Below, in pieces: positions 49,051 to 60,498 of a stretch of DNA of 64,000 bases (position 1 is the stretch's first letter; every line of letters starts with the position of its first letter). Position numbers and translations under genes: made by a program. This stretch comes from Squalus acanthias. Taxonomy: Eukaryota. The notes below the pieces were generated by a model, which was not told the DNA's origin, ran no database searches, and saw only the letters and a program-made list of their open reading frames with translations. The stretch covers positions 71,052,001 through 71,116,000 of the forward strand of contig CM059427.1 in assembly GCA_030390025.1 (NCBI GenBank). The letters run 5' to 3'.

Positions 49051-50284
49051 ATGACACCACTTCCTATTATTGTTATGTCAAACTCCAATATTACTGGAAA
49101 ATATAGCTTACATACTGAAGGAAAAGAGTGAAAATAATGGCTTGCAATTGAAATAAAAATCAAGTTGTACTTATTATTTGGTATTAAGCACTTATTGATC
49201 TCCTATAGTATTCACCATGCTATGTAAATAATTTTTTTCCCACAAGATAAGTTCAGAATACAAAATCCCTTCAGCTCATCCTTCTAGAATACCAACCCAC
49301 CTGTCTTCTCATTACAGAATCAAGCTGTTTCTTAAATGAGTCTAATGTCAACCATCCTTCCTGGCAACCCTGTAGCTATTAATCACTCTAGACTTCTGAG
49401 TATCTATCCTCTTGCATTTAAACCTTGAACACTGGGGAAAAATCTGGTCTTTAATGTTATCAGGAGTAACAAAGCCTGCCGGTTTGCTTGTGATTGTTGT
49501 TTTTCAGGCTGTCGATTAAAATAGCGGCTATGTCTCCAGCGATGGAAGCCAGCCAGTCAAAAGGAAGAAGTACTAAGTGCCTTCTGATTGCAGTTCACGA
49601 CTGATTAAAAGGATTAAGCAACTCGATTAGTTGTGCGAAAGCGAGCTCAGGTCTTTACTAGGCATAGCTGTTACAGTATTGGACGCTGAAAAGTGAGGGG
49701 AGCAAGGTTACGGGTCAGGCACTGAAACTCCTACACACAAGGAGTCAGAGAGGGAAGCTTGACTCTTTATAAAACTGATAACCACCACCCCCCCACCCCC
49801 GCCACTTCCCTCAATCGCTTGATGCACTAAGCATGAGAGGAGATCGTCTGGCTGCTTTCTGCTAAGCTTCAGCAGGGAAGCAATGACCAGGGCAGGAGGA
49901 CATGACTGAAGTGTTATCAGGAGACAAGTGGAGAGAATAGATAGTGGGAGGTGACGAGAAGCTTTGGTGTCTGTCAGTGTTGGATATTCAACAGCTTCAT
50001 TTTATTTTTAACTGCAAGGCCTTTCTTGCAGGTCTACTTGTTCATTGTGGAATCTGAATCTGAATGGGATGCTTTTCACTGTTGTTAAGTTAAACTCGCT
50101 GTATGTTACTAAAAAAATGTAGCTAGAAAATAGTGTCAGCTAGCTCTCAATTAAAATAAATCCACAAATTTCTTAAACAATCATTTCATATAGCTTGCCT
50201 TGGAATCAATTCGCACTCGGTTTACGGTGTGTTACAGATGCTCTGCGACAGTCTACACTTAATTCAAATTATCTGATCATTTAA

Positions 50285-50918
50285 GTGGGAAAAATTGGGT
50301 TGCTTTGCGCCTCCCGGGGGGCGCTAACAGGGCGTAAAGCCCCGAGCGCCTGGGCGCCGCGCCGCTGACGCCTCATGCGAAATTCAGCGGGAGGTTAGCG
50401 GTGGCGGTAGTCGGTAGCGCCCCGCGGCACTGCGCCTCCGATGATGACGTCATCGCGTGCGCAGCGCCCCGGCCGCAAACTTCGGTCGCGCCCCCTGACC
50501 TACCGCTGGACGATATGACCGACAGGGTCAGGGTGGGGTTTTTGCGGTCGGGGCGGCGCAACTTAAAGGGCAGTTGCCTGGCGGCCATTTTTTTGGGGCT
50601 GCCTGCCAGCACCTGCCCCCTTCTGCTTCTTCATGCGGGGTGCCGGCCGTGATCCTCTTGAGTGCCGTGCTGTTTTCCCGGCACCCCGCTCCCCTGTGGT
50701 CTGCGCTAGGCCCCTCCCCTTTAATCAGGGGAGGGAGGCCTGTAATATTGCGGCGCTACGTGCCGACGCGCGTGGCGCTGTTGCGTTCAGTGCCGCGATA
50801 TTGAATGGTAGCACCCCAGGAAGGAGGGGGAGCGCTTCCAGTAGCGCCTCCTGCTTGGGGCTCTATCAATCAATTTCGGAGCACTACCTCAAAGGGGGCG
50901 TGACCTAATTTTTCCCCC
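50285..50918. mobile_element. CpG-rich MITE (Harbinger-type)
   Basis: TIR gtgggaaaaattgggt / acctaatttttccccc; flanks taa / tca; very high GC and CpG content. Confidence 0.7.
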
Positions 50919-51068
50919 TCAATGTTTTAGCAATGAAGTGCTACTTTGCTGTGTTATTTAGGTTGCTTCATTCAAATGATCGCACTGACTTTGACAGTCA
51001 CTGGCAGTGGTAGACAAATGTCACTTGCTGTGCTGAGAACCTCCTGAGGGAGATGGCGTAGCAATCAA

Positions 51069-51442
51069 TGGCTGCCAACCCTCCAGGATTGGCCTGGAGT
51101 CTCCAGGAATTAAAGATTAATCTCCAGGACACTGCCCCGAGCAACCCAGGAGAAACATCATAGGGGCAATAAAAAAAAAAAAATTTTTACATATTTTTTT
51201 GAACACTTTTGTTTTATTTGTTATAAAAAACATTAGAGATGGAAAAAATGGCTGTTGACTGGCAGTGACCAATCGGGTAATGAAGAGTCTATTCACTTTC
51301 GATTGGCGTGGGAAGGTGGTGCACTATGAGGATGGACATGTCGGGCGACCAATGGTTGGAATGTTGGGGCGGGGCGGTTAGGAGGCAAGAGGTCACATGA
51401 TGAAACCTCCAGGAATATGTCCAACCAGAGCTGGCAAGCCGA
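51069..51442. mobile_element. hAT (Blackjack-like) non-autonomous element, copy 1
   Basis: ggctgccaaccctccagga... / gctggcaagcc; homologous to 54497-54762. Confidence 0.7.
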
Positions 51443-51872
51443 CTTGACGGTGCATAACGTGCGGTAGCTAATATCACGGGCATCCTATTCCTGCGCTTGA
51501 CTGTGCCAAGTCCAGCGCTCGTGGAGCACTGAAAGCAAACGCACAAAAACCTAGAACGGGGAAAGAAAAATTTGCAGCGGCTCACCTTTAAGTAAAGACT
51601 CCAGCTTTCTCTCTGCAGCCTCTCGAGTAATGCCTTTTTGATTTGTGTGTGAGGTGAATTCATTGCACCAGCAACGTATTACTGTTGCGCTATTGGGCAC
51701 TTCCCTCCTAGGTCCTCCGTCTGTTGACTTAATTGCCCTAGCTCAGAAATTTTGGGCGTCGGTCCTTGCACTGCAAGTTCTCCATTTAGCAATGTTGTTA
51801 GTGTCAGACTGTGTACGCAAAGCAAGCTCCTGCCATTGTGGGCCACGATTGGGCAGTTGCCACTTAATTAAA

Positions 51873-52697
51873 GGGGGCGATTTTGCCAGCCCTGGTGAGG
51901 CGGATTTGGAGGCGGGACTGCTGGGAAAATGGCAGAATTTGGGGGCGGGTGCCCAACCCGCCACCATGCCATCTTGCCAGGGGGCGGGTAGCCGTCCTGT
52001 GCCGGGTCCTGTCTCCTTGGAGGCAGGAAGGGATTACAGCCACTTAACTGCCTGTTAACAGGTAGTTAACAGGCAGAAAATAGGATTATCCCCATTTTGC
52101 CCACACAAGTGCGGGCTTCCCAAAAGCTCCGAAACCCGCCAGGGTCACCGAGGCGAGTAGTGGATCTGCGGGGTCCAAAAGTGTGCTGTGGAGGTGAGTG
52201 ATGCGTGCAAGTGTGGAGAGGTGAGTATCTGAGGTAAGTGCAAAGTGTTAGTAAAAGTGTACTTACCCTTGTTTCTTCCTGCAGGCTTCAATCGGTGGGT
52301 ATGCGGAGAATCTCGCACCTCCGCGGTAGAGATGACAGATGGCCGTTGCATTCTCCAATGCAACAACCATCTAATTTCTACAAAAGAAAGAGGTTTGATG
52401 AGATCTTGAATTCAAGAACTCATCAAACTACATAGAATGTCAGTGTTTGACAGCTTCACAGAGCTGTCAAACAATGATAATTCATCTGTCAAATATATTT
52501 GACAGATGAAACGTCATACGTTGACGTTCTCTGAAACCGGCTTTCCCTTAATTGGCCTGCTAAGCCCGCTGGGTGGGTTTACCAAGGTCAATCAAGTGAA
52601 AATAGTGTGGGTTGGCCAGAAGTTGATGGAGGCGGGACTGAAACCCGACAAGTGGGAGTCCCGCCTCCAAAAGCTCCCCATTGACAAAATCCAGCCC
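51873..52697. mobile_element. MITE (Harbinger-type)
   Basis: TIR gggggcgatttt / aaaatccagccc, subterminal ttggaggcgggact / agtcccgcctccaa, TSD AAA. Confidence 0.75.
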
Positions 52698-53041
52698 AAA
52701 GTTTTATACGGACAGCAACTTTTAGACTTAGAATTTTTCCTATGTAGACCTAAACTACCCAGGGCTGATTTAGCTATCGGAGACCCCAGGATACTAGAAC
52801 ATAGGAATACAGGAACAGGAGTAGGCCATTCAGTCCCTGAAGCCTGTTCCACTATTCAATCAGTACATGGCTGATCTGTACCTGAAGAGTTGCCCAAGTG
52901 TCACCCTTTGAATTTTCCCCCGTCCCCATATTTTAAACAAAATCTACAACATCATCCACCAAAAAGTAAATGAGAGAAACACCTTCAGTAATGCCTGCCA
53001 ATAAAATCCTGGAACTTCCATTCTCAAAAAAAATTACAGTT

Positions 53042-53047
53042 TGTGTG

Positions 53048-53079
<32 letters not shown>

Positions 53080-53113
53080 TGTGTGTGTGTGCGTGCGTGC
53101 GTGCGTGTGTGTG
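53042..53113. repeat. Compound (TG)n/(TGCG)n microsatellite
   Basis: Directly visible. Confidence 0.98.
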
Positions 53114-53679
53114 AGAGAATTGGGAATTTTAAGCTTTTTTTAAGTATATTTAGAGAATCCCATAGATTTTTGGTCATTCACTTTCTAATTAACTCTTTTT
53201 GTCATTGTTGTGTAGTTTGCAGTGCATCAGTCTCCCAGGTCACAGGTTGTTGACATGGTTACTTGTAGAGAGCAAATCCGTTGGTCTAAAAATTGAGATA
53301 AATGGCGAGACAGCACTGGTGAAATTAACAGGTCTGTGTCTTCGAAAATGTTTTCACTTCTGTTTTGATAATTGTGTTGCCCTCGAGGGGAAAAGCACAT
53401 CACAAAGGCAGATGGATGCTGTCTCTCCGAATAAAACTTCAATCAAAAGTGGAGAGTCTGTATCCCAGACATTTGCATATCATGTATCGTGAGCGCTGAT
53501 GCAGAGAATAGCTCAGACATTGAGGAAGACAGCTTATGGGCAACAAAGAAAATAGATGACAATTATGTACACTGATTAGCAACCCTATTATTGTTTGGTT
53601 TGGATAAGATTATATACCTTCCAGACAGGAAGGAATACACTTTATGTGAGGATGTAACTAAAATCTATTGGGATTCCTC

Positions 53680-54310
53680 ATTTGCTCAACAAATCTATCA
53701 TTAGGCGATTCAGGCAGACCAGGTCCCAGGCTTGATCCGTGGTCTGACCTAGTCTTGTGCCTGGTCTGAGTTATCTCATCTCCATCAGGAAGCAGTATCT
53801 CAACCAAATCAGTGGTAAGGCTGTTACAGTTGACCTCAAAGACCTCGTAGTCAGGAAGGGTAAAATAGGCCAGGGTTTCTGCTCTCGATTGCTCTACAGA
53901 GCCCTCTGCTGGAAGTGCATGCATGTGGGCATTGAGCGAGGACATGAGCAAGGATATGATGTTCTTATGAGGAGGAATTTCTTCACTCAGAGGGTTGTGA
54001 ATCTTTGGAATTCCCTGCCCCACAGGGCTGTGGATGCTGAAGCGTTGAGTATATTCAAGGCTGAGATTGATAGATTTTTGGACTGTAGGGGAATCAAGGG
54101 ATAGGAGGATTGGGCAGAAAAGTGGAGCTGAGGTCAATGATCAGATCAGCCATGATCTCATTAAATGTCGGAGCAGGCTCGAGGGGCCAAATGGCCTACT
54201 CCTGCTCCTATTTCTTATGTTCTTATTTGATAATCTCGCTGGCAAACTGTCGTGGCTTACGCAAGAATAATTTACACTTTGTTGAGCTACTGCAGGGTGA
54301 CTAGTGCCTG
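53680..54310 (+). mobile_element. AmnSINE2-like SINE split by CR1
   Basis: cagaccaggtcccaggcttgatcc...aaataggccagggtttctgctc...tgctggaagtgcatg; continues after 54225. Confidence 0.6.
53967..54225 (+). mobile_element. CR1 3' fragment
   Basis: MRRNFFTQRVVNLWNSLP; ttcttatgttcttat tail. Confidence 0.93.
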
Positions 54311-54496
54311 AGGAACCATACTACCATACTAAAGCGAACAATCATTGCCTTACAGAGATGAGGGGATAAAATTGATGTTGTTGTGGGGAAAAAAAATCCA
54401 TTGGTTGCCATAATTGATAAAGCAAATGCAAGAATGTGACACGCTTATCAGTATATGCTGAGCTTGCTGTGTTAAACCATTCATTAAATGTTGGCC

Positions 54497-54762
54497 TAGG
54501 GTTGCCAACCCTCTTGGATTGTCCTGGATTCCCCAGGATTATAACTTAATCTCTTGGACACTGCTGTGAGCAAACCCGGGAGAAAAATCAGAGCAGCATA
54601 AAAAATTGTGTATTTTTTCATTTTCTTTGGCCACTGTTCTTTACTAGTTACAAAACAATTGGAGAGGGGGAAAAAAAGGTTGTTTGACTGGGGTGGAGGG
54701 GGTGAGGGTGGTTGAAGGCGGGAGGTCATGTGATGAAACCCCCAGGAATACGTCCAACCCTA
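54497..54762. mobile_element. hAT (Blackjack-like) non-autonomous element, copy 2
   Basis: TAGGGTTGCCAAC...CAACCCTA termini; degenerate 8-bp TSD tgttggcc / tgtgggct. Confidence 0.75.
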
Positions 54763-55092
54763 TGTGGGCTCCATGTATATTTCTATTGTTGCCTCCATAG
54801 ACAGCAAAGGCGCATAGCATTAAAAAATCTCCAGAAGCAGAAAAGATCACCTCAAAAAGCTTTGTTTCTTGCCTGGAGGAGGAAAAACACCAGCAATGGC
54901 AAATTGGAGATGGTTGGCACTAGCACCGACATTTTTATCCCAGCTACGTGATTTTCACACTGCTGGTCTGTACAGACCTTCTCCTGACCTTGGTCAGCCG
55001 GCAAGCATGACTTTAATGCTAGCACAAGATTCAAAACAAACACAGTTGTTCCTCCGATACCACCTGCAGTGTTTGACTATGTCATGCAGTTA

Positions 55093-56005
55093 TACAACAA
55101 CAACAACAACTTGTATTCATATAGCGCCTTTAACGTAGTAAAACCAGGATGAAAATTTTGAAATCGAGGCGTTGCTTAACCGGGAGCCAATGTAGGTCAG
55201 TGAGCACAGGGGTGATGGGTGAACGGGACTTGGTGCGAGTTAGGACACGGACAGCTGAGTTTTGGATGATTTCAAGTTTACGTAGGGTGGAATGTGGGTG
55301 GCCAGCCAGGAGTGCGTTGGAATAGTCAAGTCTAGAGGTAACAAAGGCATGGATGAGGGTTTCAGCAGCAGATGAGCTGAGGCAGGGGTGGAGACGGGCG
55401 ATGTTACGGAGGTGGAAATATGCCACGGATATGTGGTCTGAAGCTCATTTCAGGGTCAAATATGACACCAAGGTTGTGAACAGTCTGGTTCAGCCTCAGA
55501 CAGATGCTAGGGAGAGGGATGGAGTCAGTGGCTAGGGAATGGAGTTTGTGGCGGGGCCCGAAGACAATGGCTTCAGTCTTCCCAATATTTAACTGGAGAA
55601 AATTTCTGCTTATCCAGTACTGGATGTCGGACAAGCAGTATGTCAATTTAGAGACTGTGGAGGGGTCAAGAGAAGTGCTGGTGAGGTAGAGCTAGGTGTC
55701 GTCAGCATACATGTGGAAACTGACACTGTGTTTTCGGATGATGTTGCCAAGGGGCAGCATGTAGATGAGAAATAGGAGGGGGCCAAGGATAGATCCTTGG
55801 GGGACCCAGAGGTAACGATGCGGGAGCGGGAAGAGAAGCTGTTGCAGGTGATTTTCTGTCTATGATTAGATAGATAAGAATGGAACCAGGCGAGTTGGAC
55901 GATGGTGGAGAGACGTTGGAGATGGATGGAGTGGTCAACCGTGTCAAAGACTGCCGACAGGTCAAGAAGGACGAGGAGGGATAGTTTACCTTTGTCACAG
56001 TCACA
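55093..56005 (-). mobile_element. L2 LINE with RT C-terminal region and an internal 3' deletion
   Basis: YADDT motif (gtgtcgtcagcatac, reverse complement), LQLNIGKTE, AYFHLRNIARL...LHWLPV. Confidence 0.93.
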
Positions 56006-56007
56006 AA

Positions 56008-56283
56008 GTGAATTGGTAGAAGGATTAGAGGGGAGTTGAGGAGAACCTTTTTCACGCAGAGGGTGGTGGGGGTCTGGAACTCACTGCCTGAAAGGGTGGT
56101 AGAGGCAGAAACCCTCATCACATTTAACAAGTACTTGGATATACACTTGAAGTGCTGCAATCTACAAGGCTAAGGACCAAGAGCTGGAAAGTGGGTTTAG
56201 GCAGGATAGCTCCTTTTCAGTCAGCACAGACACAATGGGATGAATGGCCTCCTTCTGTGCCGTAAATTTCTATGATTCTATGA
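56008..56283 (+). mobile_element. CR1/HER1 3' fragment
   Basis: ttcacgcagagggtggtgggggtctggaactcactgcctg; ttctatgattctatga tail. Confidence 0.9.
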
Positions 56284-56520
56284 TTGGCGGCCGTGTCTTC
56301 AGCTGCCTAGGTCCTAAGCTCTGGAATTCCCTCCCTAAACCTCTCCGCCTCTCTACCTCTCTCTCCTCCTTTAAGACGTGCCTTATAACCTAACTCCATT
56401 GTCCTAATATCTTCTTATGTGGCTCGGTGTCAAATTCTGTCTGATCACGTTCCTGTGAAGCGCCTTGGGACGTTTTACTACATTAAAGATGCTACATAAA
56501 TGCACATTGTTGTTGTTGTA
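56283..56520 (+). mobile_element. L2 3' end
   Basis: attggcggccgtgtcttcagctgcctagg...ttgttgttg. Confidence 0.9.
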
Positions 56521-57175
56521 TGGCATAGTGGTTTGTGAACATGCAAAAATGCTAGCCACGGATCTAGTGTGGCTTGATAAAAGCTGCTGTCCTCAGGGTT
56601 ACATTGATGCAGTCAAGTTTATTGAATTTCAAAAAAAAGGCTGCATGTGGGAATTTGAAGAATTAAAATGTCTGCTGCACTGATATTTCATTTCAACATT
56701 CAGAATGCAAGGAATGTACTGGCACCAGTAAAATCCATGGCAGCAGACGAGACACTATTGAACTGCCCTGAGATATAATATAGAGGAGTGGATCTTTAAG
56801 TAAGCGAGTACTAATTGTAGCAGCCACTGCTTCTGCCTACTCGCTTTCTACTGAGATTTAACGATTTAGATTTAATGGGCAGAGTGATGGCAGCAAGAAA
56901 TATGGAGGAAACATATAATGGATAAAATAGCCTAAACATATATATTAGCTACAAGCTGGGTTAATTCTGTTTGGCCTTGTTAACTTATACCTCCTTGCAT
57001 ATTTATTAGAACTGCATCAATCAGAGTTTCTTAGTAAAGGGCGTACAGTTCATTTATGCTGTAAAGTACTCACTTATGTAGGGCCATGAGAATTTAACCA
57101 GCAGCAGTGCCGAGACCCATTATACCCTGTTATCTTCCAGGTTTGTGTGGGAAAGATTGAATTAAAATGCCATAA

Positions 57176-57452
57176 CGGCAGGAATAGTGGCATAGTGGTT
57201 AGCACTGTTGCCTCACAGCGCCAGGGACACGGGTTCGAATCCGTGTCTGCGTGGGTTTCCTCCGGGTGCTCCGGTTTCCTCCCACAGTCCAAAGATGTGC
57301 GGGTTAGGTTGATTTGGCTATGATAAATTGACCCTTAGTGTTAGGGGGATTAAATACATGGGGTTACGGGGATAGGGTGGGATATGTGTCGGTGCAGGCT
57401 CGATGGGCCGAAATGGCCTCTATCTGCACTGTGGGGATTCTGTGATTCTGTG
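57176..57452 (+). mobile_element. HE1-type V-SINE
   Basis: gtggcatagtggttagcactg (A box), gggttcgaatcc (B box), V domain gggtttcctccgggtgctccggtttcctcccaca, HER1-like tail gattctgtgattctgtg. Confidence 0.92.
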
Positions 57453-57544
57453 AATTCTCTGAAATGGCCTAGCAAGCCACTTAATCGTACCAAACCGCTA
57501 CACCAAAGTCAGCACTGTGGGAGTACCTTCACCACACACCTGTC

Positions 57545-58050
57545 AAATCTATGAATAGAGATCAGCCCCAAAACATAAGTAAAACTTCAAATACATTTTT
57601 AAAACAACATCACATTTTTAAAATGACTATAAATTACATAAATTAACTCTTTTAAACAAAAATTAAAATTTTTGAAAAAAATAATTAAAGTTTTTAACGG
57701 GGCTAAAAATAAACTTACCTTTCTTTAAAGTATTTTAAAATGATAAACCAGTGGAAAAATTTTTTTTTTTTTACTTTCTTAAACTATTAGCCTGCTAAAA
57801 GCAGGCCTTGTGCCTGCTTTTCTAGGCACAGCTGTTCCCGACTTACCTGGACTCAAGCACCTGTGGAAAAAAACGGATGTTTCAGCCGTACTCGCTGCCT
57901 ATCCGGTGCAGGCGCTTGACCAGTTCTGCACAGACCGGAAGTTCCGGATTCCAGCGCATGCGCAGTCCATGCGTAAAACCGGCACTTCCGTTGGCCCTAC
58001 GGGTGAGTACACAGCGCGTACACACCCGTAGGGAACGGGATTTATGGGCC
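57545..58050. mobile_element. MITE-like element remnant
   Basis: CpG-rich palindromic end (accggaagttccgg, gcgcatgcgc) finishing gatttatgggcc; left end unclear. Confidence 0.45.
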
Positions 58051-58053
58051 AAT

Positions 58054-58190
58054 ATGTTTTTGTTAGGCAAGCGTATTAAGGGTTATGGAACTAAGCTGGG
58101 TAGATGGAGGTAACATACAGATTAGCCATGATCTAATTGAATGGCGGAACTGGCTCGAGGGGGTGAATGGCCTACTCCTGTTCCTGTGAT
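58054..58190 (+). mobile_element. CR1 tail fragment
   Basis: agccatgatctaattgaatggcgg...ggctcgagggg...cctactcctgttcc. Confidence 0.85.
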
Positions 58191-58224
58191 AAAATGAGTT
58201 GTACAGGGAGTGTTTGTATGTTTA

Positions 58225-58735
58225 GTGTAAGGTCCATTGGCAGGATAGGCGCACCAACGTCAGTGTTCTTGCTCAGGCCAACATCCCCAGCATCGATGCT
58301 TTGACCACGCTCGATCAGCTCCGATGGACGGGTCACATCGTCCGCATGCCCGATACGAGACTCCCAAAATAAGCGCTCTACTCGGAGCTCCAACATGGCA
58401 AGAGAGCCCCAGGTGGGCAGAGGAAACGCTTCAAGAACACCCTCAAAGCCTCCTTGAAAAAGTGCAACATCCCCACCAACACCTGGGAATCCCTGGCCCA
58501 AGACCGTACAAAGAATACCTCTTCGCCGGGAGCGAGCGGAAGCCAAGAGCAAACAGCGGAAGGAGCGCACGTCAACCCAAGCACCCCACCCACCCGCCCC
58601 TTCAACCACCATCTGCTCCACCTGTGGCAGAGACTGTAGGTCCCGCATTGGACTCATCAGTCACCTGAGAACTCATTTTTAATGTGGAAGCAAGTCATCT
58701 TCAGTTCCGAGGGACTGCCTAAGAAGAAGAAGAGA
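58225..58735 (+). mobile_element. RTE-clade (BovB-like) LINE 3' fragment
   Basis: RWTGHIVRMPDTRLPK..LYSEL..GKR..GGQRKRFKNTLK, C-terminal CSTCGRDC.SRIGLISHLRTH zinc finger, (GAA)n tail. Confidence 0.9.
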
Positions 58736-59154
58736 AGTATGTGTGTGCATGTCAGATGTGTGCAAGCATGTGTGCATAGAACTCCTTTGTCACGAAGCTC
58801 AGTTTGAGGTGCTGCTAACAGTGTAACTCCAGTTTGCCAGTTGTATATCACAGTCGACAGACACCCATTTGAGAACAGTGGCTGCTGTCTAACTTCAGCC
58901 AAAGTAAAGCTACCCTACTGTGCCATCATTTGAACTGAGTCTGTAAGTACCACAATGTAATAATATTGAGAATTCACTGTCATCTTGGTTCAATTTGGTT
59001 TCCCTCTTTCACCATCGCCAGATCTTGACCACACAACCCAAGCAGAGTTCCTGCTCCTGATTACTCAGTACTCCTCTGTGTCCTGGAGATAACCTTTTAA
59101 GGAGGCACTATCTTTATGAAAAAGTGTTAAGCAAATTTTATTCAGGAGAGGGAG

Positions 59155-59625
59155 AAGAGAAAGAAAGAAATTGCATTAATATAGCACCTTTCATGACCTC
59201 AGGGCATCTCAAAGCACTTTACAGCCGATGAAGTATTTTTGAAGTGTAGTCACTGTTGTAATGTAGGAAACGCGGCAGCCAATTTGCACACAGCAAGCTC
59301 CCACAAACAGCAATGTGATAATGACCAGATAATCTGTTTTAGTGACATTGGTTGAGCGATAAGTATTGGCCAGGACACCGGGGAGAACTACCCTGCTCTT
59401 CTTCAAAATAATGTTGTCGGTTCTTTTACGTCGGCCTGAGAGAGCAGACGAGGCCTTGGTTTTCAACATCTCATCCGAAAGATGGCACCTCTGACAGTGC
59501 ATCCCCTCAGTACTGTAGTGGAGAGTCAGCCTGGATTATGGGCTCAAGTCTGTGGAGTGGAACTTGAACTCACGAGACCTTCTGACTCAGAGACGAGGGT
59601 GCTACCAACTGAGCCACAGTGGGAC
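59155..59625 (-). mobile_element. SacSINE1-type Deu-SINE, full length
   Basis: Tail, Deu domain and head gctaccaactgagccac. Confidence 0.92.
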
Positions 59626-60179
59626 ATCAAGAGACAGTAGACAATGCTTATCTTCCACATCGGCAAATGATAAAAGTGTGTTTCAGCACAATTCTTCATC
59701 ATTATATTGTGTATTGAGCGGAGTTTGCCAAGCAATTGTCCATGAAAAGGTGTTCCTTTAAAACGCCTATTGTGCCTTGATAGCAAATGGAACTGCTGAC
59801 ATGATCATGACTAACATTTTCCAGGAGAATAATAAATTATGGCAACTTTATAAATCATGATTTTTTTAAAATGGGATACTAAGTAACTAAAGTTTTAATG
59901 GTTTTAATGAAAGATTCATACCGCTAATACTTCTGTTTTTCATATTCTGTCATATAACACTGGCCCCATTAACCTTCCTCCATTACTGGTGTCAATAATT
60001 CAAGAGATTTTCAGACAGCTGTACTGACAGCAACTTCATGTTATCCACATTGGCACTTCCACTACGGTGGTTGTATTTGGAGAATGATGGTGTGACAGCA
60101 CTCCTACAGTCAGGCCAGTGGAGAACAGGTAGAACTTCGAGACCATGACACTCTACTCAATCCCATCTAAACTGTACTG

Positions 60180-60330
60180 TGCTTTCAGCTGCCTTGGGCC
60201 CGAAGCATTGGAATTGTCTCCATAAACCTCTCCGCCTCTCTACCTCTCTCTCCTCCTTTAAGACACTCCTTAAAACCTAATGCTTTGACCAAGCTTTTCT
60301 GTACTAATATCTCCTTAAGAGGCTTGGGAG
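60180..60330 (+). mobile_element. L2 3' fragment
   Basis: ctttcagctgccttgggcc...ctcctccttaagacactccttaaaacc. Confidence 0.8.
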
Positions 60331-60339
60331 GTTGGCCAC

Positions 60340-60498
60340 AGAGATAGATTTCTAGACACAAAAGGCATCAAGGGGTATGGGGAGAGAGCGGGAATATGGT
60401 ATTGAGATAGAGGATCGGCCATGATCATATTGAATGGCGGAGCAGGCTCGAAGGGCCGAACGGCCTACTCCTGCTCCTATTTTTCTATGTTTCTATGT
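60340..60498 (+). mobile_element. CR1 tail (CATAGAAA subfamily)
   Basis: Reverse complement of 31247-31400; ttctatgtttctatg tail. Confidence 0.9.

Noticed and set aside
53223-53331. Possible exon CISLPGHRLL...ETALVKLT
   Set aside because: Weak donor gtctgt, no family match, no partner exons
1530-54310. Minus-strand bias of AmnSINE2-like copies as evidence of host gene orientation
   Set aside because: Only 6 of 7 copies; other families show no consistent bias
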